Assembly: GCA_050486225.1 (NCBI GenBank)
Contig: JBJHCV010000002.1
Coordinates: forward strand, 216,377 to 248,376
DNA: 32,000 nucleotides
Direction: 5' to 3'
Source of the DNA: Nitriliruptoraceae bacterium
GTDB taxonomy: Bacteria > Actinomycetota > Nitriliruptoria > Nitriliruptorales > Nitriliruptoraceae
The position numbers were made by a program, and so were the translations under genes. This document shows, piece after piece, positions 26,970-32,000 of the stretch; positions within the stretch are counted from its first letter, which is position 1; each line of letters begins with the position of its first letter. The notes under the pieces were generated by a model. The model worked only from the letters and a program-made list of their open reading frames with translations, searched no databases and was not told the DNA's origin.

Positions 26970-27015
26970 GTTGGCCGAGCACCCGGTCGACGGGCATCAC
27001 GGTGCATCGGGGGCG

Positions 27016-28896
27016 TCAGGCCAGCGCCTCGAGCAGCCCACGCCGTCGACGTTCGAGTTCGAGCAGGCGCTGCTGGACCGCGCGCATCTCGTCCGCGTCG
27101 GTGCGGTGGTGGAGTCGCTCGAGTCGGGTGCGCAGATGACCTGCCTCGAGGGTCAGCCGATCAGCGAGCATTCGACGCACGCGCTCCGCCGCGATCGCCG
27201 CGTGCAGGCCGTCGTCAGCGACGCCGCCGTCGGTCGGCGACGACAGGTCCGGGTCGTCCTCGAGCGCGATGGCCCGGATGAGCTGTCGGTCGTCGTCGTC
27301 TGCGGCCGTCGCGAGCACCGCGTCGAGGGACACGCCGGCACCACCCGCGGACGTGATCGCCCGCCACACGGCCCGGGCCCTCGGGTGCGTGAAGTGGTCC
27401 TCCTCGAGTTCGAACCACTCGTCGGGCAGCAGGTCTGCACGCTGGAGTGCGACCCGGAGAACCGCTCGTTCGCGCCGGGCCCGCGACCGGTCGACCGGCC
27501 CGTCGACACGGACGTCGGCCGGGGGCGCCGGGCGCGCGACGCCCTCGTGCGCGTCGATGTCGATGCCCATGCGCCGGGCCGTGCGGGCGACGAAGTCGTA
27601 GGCGACCCCGACGCGGTCGGCCACCTCCGTGCGCGCCCACTCACGGCGCAGGTCCGGGTCGGGTTCACGTCCCACGATCTCGAGCGCGCGCCGCAGCGCA
27701 TCGGTGCGTCCGGACTCCGACGTCAGGTCTGCGTCCGAAAGGCGATGACCCACGACGAACGGCACGATCGCCGTTGCCCGGTCGACGGCCTCGCGCAGGG
27801 CCTCGACTCCGGCCTCCCGGACCAGGTCGGCAGGGTCCGACGTGGCGTCGAGTGGCAGCACCCGCAGGTCCAGGTCGACCCCACGATCCGCCGTGAGTTC
27901 CCGGGCTGCCTCCCAGGCCCGCTCGGCGGCCTTCACCCCTGCCGCGTCCCCGTCGAACGCGAGCACGGCACGGTTCGCGTATCGCCCGAGCATCCGCAGG
28001 TGTTCCGTGCCGACCGCGGTCCCACAGGTGGCGACGGCGTTGGCGAACCCTGCCTGGTGCAGGGCCATCACGTCGGTGTAGCCCTCGCACACCAGCACCT
28101 GCTCGGAGCGCACGATGTCGGCACGCGCCTGGCGCAGCCCGTAGAGCACCCGCGACTTGTGGTACAGCGGCGTCTCTGGCGAGTTGAGGTACTTCGGGGG
28201 GTCGAAGTCCCCGTGGTCGAGACCCGGCAGGATGCGACCACCGAATCCGATGACGTCACCCCCGGGATCGTCGACGGGGAAGATCAGCCTCCCTCGGAAC
28301 CGGTCGCGCAGACGCCCGTGATCGGTCCGCACGGCCAGGCCCACGGTGATCAGGTCCGCGGCGGCGATGTCCTGAGCGGTCAGGGCGTCCGACATCGACG
28401 ACCACTCCATGGGGGCGTAGCCCAGGCCGAACCGGTCCACGTCCTCCCGGCCGAAGCCTCGCGACCGGAGGTACTCGCGCGCCGGGCGACCGGCGTCCGA
28501 CAGCAGGACGCTGGTGTAGTGGTCCCGGGCCGCGGCGGTGACCTCGACCAGGCGTGAGCGTTCCCCGACCGACCGGCGTTCACGCGCCGACAGTTCCTCG
28601 TAGCGCAGCGTGAAGCCGGTGCGGCGCGCGAGCGACTCCACGGCCTCCGGGAACTCGAGCCCCTCGATGCGCATCAGGAAGTCGTAGATGTCCCCGGAGG
28701 CCCCGCACCCGAAGCAGTGGTAGAAGTTGCCCTCGCGCCGCACCGTGAACGACGGGGTGTTCTCCGTGTGGAACGGACACAGACCCTTGAAGGAACTGCC
28801 GGCACGCCGGATCGTGGTGTAGTCACCGGCGACCGTGATGATGTCGGCCTGCTGACGCAGCGCCTCGATGTCGTCCTTGACGATCCGTCCGGCCAC
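27016..28896 (-). CDS. dnaG: DNA primase
   Basis: GTG 28896 with GGAGG (28902-28906). Zn-ribbon CPFHTENTPSFTVRREGNFYHCFGCGASGD, a TOPRIM core (VLVCEGYTDVMAL...AFDGDAAG), and a C-terminal helicase-interaction region. Confidence 0.92.
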   Translation of the reverse strand: MAGRIVKDDIEALRQQADIITVAGDYTTIRRAGSSFKGLCPFHTENTPSFTVRREGNFYHCFGCGASGDIYDFLMRIEGLEFPEAVESLARRTGFTLRYEELSARERRSVGERSRLVEVTAAARDHYTSVLLSDAGRPAREYLRSRGFGREDVDRFGLGYAPMEWSSMSDALTAQDIAAADLITVGLAVRTDHGRLRDRFRGRLIFPVDDPGGDVIGFGGRILPGLDHGDFDPPKYLNSPETPLYHKSRVLYGLRQARADIVRSEQVLVCEGYTDVMALHQAGFANAVATCGTAVGTEHLRMLGRYANRAVLAFDGDAAGVKAAERAWEAARELTADRGVDLDLRVLPLDATSDPADLVREAGVEALREAVDRATAIVPFVVGHRLSDADLTSESGRTDALRRALEIVGREPDPDLRREWARTEVADRVGVAYDFVARTARRMGIDIDAHEGVARPAPPADVRVDGPVDRSRARRERAVLRVALQRADLLPDEWFELEEDHFTHPRARAVWRAITSAGGAGVSLDAVLATAADDDDRQLIRAIALEDDPDLSSPTDGGVADDGLHAAIAAERVRRMLADRLTLEAGHLRTRLERLHHRTDADEMRAVQQRLLELERRRRGLLEALA

Positions 28897-28934
28897 CTGG
28901 ACCTCCGCGCGACGACGCTACACCCGACCCGCCG

Positions 28935-29369
28935 TCAGGAGGCGACGTTGGCGTCGTCCCAGTCGGGGTCGAGGTCCCGCAGGAACGCGTGCAGCCGCTC
29001 GACCTCTGGCGTCTCTCCGATCTGCTCGGCGGCGCCATGCAGGGCCGCGATGCAGCGCAGCACGCCGCGATTGGCAGGCACCGACCAGCGGACGTACCCG
29101 CGACCTCCCCACCCGGCGGCACGCAGCGCGTCGAGGCCGCGGTGATAGCCGGTCCGGGCGTACGCGTACGACTCGACCGGATCCGTCGCCAGTTCCGCGA
29201 GCGTGGCCCAACCGGCGAGCAGCGTCGGGTGGTCGGCGACGACGGCGGCGACGGCCGCACGACGGTCATCGTCTGACGCACGGGCGGCGCGAGCGAGCGC
29301 CTCGGTCGCGTCGGCGGGCGGTTCACCGAGCACGGTCTCGTGTCGGTCGCTCATCGGAAGGTCCACCAC
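28935..29369 (-). CDS. DUF3151 domain protein
   Basis: YAYARTGYHRGLDALRAAGWGGRGYVRW...NRGVLRCIAALHGAAEQIGE matches the actinobacterial DUF3151 pattern. The start is ambiguous: GTG 29369, GTG 29366 or ATG 29354. Confidence 0.75.
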   Translation of the reverse strand: MVDLPMSDRHETVLGEPPADATEALARAARASDDDRRAAVAAVVADHPTLLAGWATLAELATDPVESYAYARTGYHRGLDALRAAGWGGRGYVRWSVPANRGVLRCIAALHGAAEQIGETPEVERLHAFLRDLDPDWDDANVAS

Positions 29370-29488
29370 GGCGTCTCCTGCTCACGGGTGCGCACCGCGT
29401 CCACGGCACGCCAGTCGGGTCCGACACGCGTCGAGCCCCCACCGCGACGACGATACCGACGACGGCCGGGGGCACGACACGCGATGAC

Positions 29489-29494
29489 TAGATT
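29489..29494 (+). promoter_or_regulatory. candidate -10 hexamer TAGATT upstream of the M61 peptidase gene
   Basis: It is the only A/T-rich patch in the 167-nt divergent gap and lies about 43 nt upstream of GTG 29537. Confidence 0.3.
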
Positions 29495-29536
29495 CGGCGG
29501 GACGACCTCGTCCGTCCCACGTGAGGACCTGCACCG

Positions 29537-31288
29537 GTGAACGAGCCCGTCCGCTACGACGTCGACCTGACCGACCGCCGTCACCACCTGGTGCGGGTGA
29601 GCCTGCGGGTGCCCGACGACCTTGCTGCCGGGGCGCGCGTGGTCATGTCGGCGTGGACGCCGGGCAGCTACGTCATCCGTGACCACGTCCACCACGTCCA
29701 GTCGATCCGGTCGGTCGACGAACGGGGTCCGGTCGCGCTGACGCCCGATGGCACGAACGCCTGGCGCCTGCCCGACGCGGTGGGACCGGACGTGCGCGTC
29801 GAACTCGAGCTCTATGCCAACGACCTGTCCGTGCGCACCAACCACGTCGACGACCAGCACGCGCTGCTCGTCGCCGCCGCGACCTTCCCGTGGGTCGACG
29901 GGGCACGTGATCGCCCGCACGAGGTCCATCTCGTCCCGACCCCGGCAGGCCACCGCGTGTTCTCGCTCCTGCCCGAGGGCGACGCGGCGGACACGTGGGT
30001 CGCCGACGACCTCGACCACCTGATCGACAGTGCCTTCGAGGTGGGCGACCACCGGTACGCGTCGTGGGAGGTCGCTGGGGTCGACCACCGGTTCGTCTGG
30101 GCGGGACCCGGACCGATCCATGGACTCGACGACTTCCTGACCGACGCCGAGGCCATCGCCCGCGAGGCCGTCGCACTGTTCGACGGCGAACTGCCGGCCC
30201 GCCACCACACGACGCTGTGTGTCGCGTGGGACCGCGGCGGCGGTGGACTCGAACACCGGGACGGGGCCGTCCTGCAGGTGCCCGTGCACACGTTCGGCGA
30301 CCCGGCGATGCGGGCGCGCCTGCAGGTCCTGTACGCGCACGAGTACCTGCATCTGTACAACGTGCGGCGCCTCGTCCCCGCGGCCCTGGTCTCCCCCGAT
30401 CTCGAACGTCCGGTGCAGACCGAGTCGCTGTGGGTCGCCGAGGGTTGGACCTCGTACTACGACGAACTGCTCCCGACACGTGCGGGCGCCTGGACGGCCA
30501 CCCAGTGGCTCGACCACCTCGGCAGCGCACTCGACCAGGTGTGGACCACCCCCGGCGTCGAACTGCAGTCGCTCCGACAGGCATCCCGCGACGCGTGGGT
30601 GAAGCACTACGTCCGCGACGAGAACAGCCCGAACGCAGGCACCGACTACTACAACCACGGCGCACTCGTCGCTCTCGAGCTCGACCTGCGCATCCGTGCA
30701 GCCGACCCGACCTCCGCCGGCCTCGACGACGTCCTGCGGCTGCTGTGGGACCGTCACGCGGGCGCACCCGACGGCTACACCGAGGAGGACGTGCTCGCCG
30801 CCCTCGGCGACGTGTCGGGCGAGGGGATTCGCGCGCTGACCATCTCCCGGATCGCGTCGCCCGGGTGGCCCGAGGTGGACGACGAGCTGCTCACCCCGTT
30901 CGGGCTGCGGCTGGAACCGTCGTCGCCGTCGACGCCGGCGGCGCCGGACCTGGGGGTCGTGGTGACCGAGGACGATCGCGGCGTCACCTTCGCAAGTGTC
31001 CTCCGTGACGGGGCGGGGTGGCGGGGTGGACTCACCGGCGGCGACCGACTGGTCGCGATCGACGGGATCACCGTCGCCCGGGGCGAACTGTCCTTCGCAC
31101 TCGCATCCCGGGAGGCCGGCGAGGTCGTGGACGTCGCCGTGGTTCGGGGCCCTCGCCTGCTGACCCTGGCGGTCGAGCTCGACGCTCCGCGACGGCGCCA
31201 CCGGCTCGTGACGGTGAACGCGCCCGACGACGACCAGCGTGCGGCCTTCCGGCGCTGGACCGGCCAGGAGCTGCCGACCGACCGTTGA
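29537..31288 (+). CDS. M61 family metallopeptidase (glycyl aminopeptidase-like) with C-terminal PDZ domain
   Basis: GTG start and a 583-aa product. It has the zinc motif YAHEYLHLYNV (HExxH), a downstream WVAEGWTSYY, and a C-terminal PDZ-like segment GVTFASVLRDGAGWRGGLTGGDRLVAIDG. Confidence 0.85.
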   Translation: MNEPVRYDVDLTDRRHHLVRVSLRVPDDLAAGARVVMSAWTPGSYVIRDHVHHVQSIRSVDERGPVALTPDGTNAWRLPDAVGPDVRVELELYANDLSVRTNHVDDQHALLVAAATFPWVDGARDRPHEVHLVPTPAGHRVFSLLPEGDAADTWVADDLDHLIDSAFEVGDHRYASWEVAGVDHRFVWAGPGPIHGLDDFLTDAEAIAREAVALFDGELPARHHTTLCVAWDRGGGGLEHRDGAVLQVPVHTFGDPAMRARLQVLYAHEYLHLYNVRRLVPAALVSPDLERPVQTESLWVAEGWTSYYDELLPTRAGAWTATQWLDHLGSALDQVWTTPGVELQSLRQASRDAWVKHYVRDENSPNAGTDYYNHGALVALELDLRIRAADPTSAGLDDVLRLLWDRHAGAPDGYTEEDVLAALGDVSGEGIRALTISRIASPGWPEVDDELLTPFGLRLEPSSPSTPAAPDLGVVVTEDDRGVTFASVLRDGAGWRGGLTGGDRLVAIDGITVARGELSFALASREAGEVVDVAVVRGPRLLTLAVELDAPRRRHRLVTVNAPDDDQRAAFRRWTGQELPTDR

Positions 31289-31324
31289 ACGCGGTCGCGT
31301 GACTGGAGACCGGCGCGCGACGCG

Positions 31325-32000
31325 TCAGCCGGTCTCGGCGAGGAACGCCGCGAGTTCGTCGCAGGCCGGAGCCACGTACTCGTCGACGTCGTACAGGTCG
31401 ATGTGCCGGGTCGCCTCCGACCACACCAGACGTCCACCCGCCGCCTCGGCCACGCGTTCTGCGGTGCTCGGCGCGCAGTAGTCGTCCTGGCGCGGGTGCA
31501 CGACCAGCAGGGGCGTCGGCGGCAGCATCGCCGCCCACGATGCCGCGTCGAGGGTGAGCAGGGACTGCAGGGAGCGACGCGTCAGCCGGTTCTCCCAGCC
31601 ATCGGCGGCGCCACGCTCGGTGCCGTAGTACTCGAACGGTTCGTCCCCGCCCATCGCGGCCTCACCTCCGTCCGGCGCGACGGCAGGCAGGTACTCGACC
31701 CGTCCGCTGCGACGTTCCTCGGTGGCCAGTTCCGCGAGTCCCCGCAGGAACTCGTGGTAGCGCTGGGCGCCCATGCCCTGCCGGAACGTCGGTGGGTCGT
31801 TGAAGCACGCGGCGACCGTCGCACACGCGCGCACCCGACGGTCGGTCGCCGCGAACCGCAGGGCGTAGCCACCGCCGAGGCACACGCCGACCACCCCGAG
31901 CCGGTCGGGATCGACCTGCGGGTGCACCGCCAGTTCGGACACGGCGTCGCGCAGGTCCGCGAGCCTTCCCGCCTGGTCCTCGTGCTGTCGCGGCTGGCCC
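31325..32000 (-). CDS. dienelactone-hydrolase-like alpha/beta hydrolase (5' end beyond the right window edge)
   Basis: The frame stays open from the stop (31325-31327) to base 32000, checked triplet by triplet over 31943-31999. The track start at 31942 is an internal GTG. It has the G-x-C-x-G nucleophile elbow VGVCLGGGYAL typical of Cys-type dienelactone hydrolases, and a late His (ATRHIDLY). Confidence 0.75.
   Translation of the reverse strand, partial: GQPRQHEDQAGRLADLRDAVSELAVHPQVDPDRLGVVGVCLGGGYALRFAATDRRVRACATVAACFNDPPTFRQGMGAQRYHEFLRGLAELATEERRSGRVEYLPAVAPDGGEAAMGGDEPFEYYGTERGAADGWENRLTRRSLQSLLTLDAASWAAMLPPTPLLVVHPRQDDYCAPSTAERVAEAAGGRLVWSEATRHIDLYDVDEYVAPACDELAAFLAETG

Overview
Very GC-rich (by eye about 70% or more, not computed), gene-dense chromosomal segment that looks like actinobacterial core genome. 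It has GTG/TTG starts, GGAGG-type ribosome-binding sites, 4-nt ATGA/GTGA stop-start overlaps and apparent leaderless genes. I resolve 35 protein-coding genes (two cut by the window edges) and one tRNA-Asn(GTT). Many track ORFs are high-GC artefacts (antisense frames or long 5' extensions), so several starts were re-placed using RBS position, third-position GC and family N-termini. Left to right: alpha/beta hydrolase, EamA permease, 4-TM unknown, ferrochelatase, small acidic unknown, histidine phosphatase, LCP ligase overlapping an LMW tyrosine phosphatase, DUF360/holin-like membrane protein, thioesterase and ilvE, GlcD-like FAD oxidase, DUF4031, YceI, SDR, acyltransferase-3 preceded by an unlisted 45-codon Cys-rich ORF, triple-PAS histidine kinase with TspO, RlmA-like methyltransferase, Ada-AlkA fusion with Ogt, PIG-L deacetylase, NfeD and SPFH plus a small membrane protein, DsbA-like protein, tRNA-Asn, quinone oxidoreductase, unknown 324-aa protein, primary sigma factor, DnaG, DUF3151, M61 peptidase with PDZ, and a dienelactone-hydrolase-like protein. 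I saw no transposase, integrase, CRISPR array, rRNA, prophage block or compositional island. I do not see a clear-cut novel multi-gene system. The best candidates for follow-up are (1) the divergent unit of zinc-ribbon micro-ORF plus acyltransferase facing the soluble PAS kinase plus TspO, which has no response regulator nearby, and (2) the uncharacterised protein just downstream of rpoD, together with an unusual region 2.4 in that sigma factor. All functional calls rest on motif recognition by eye; no database search was run.
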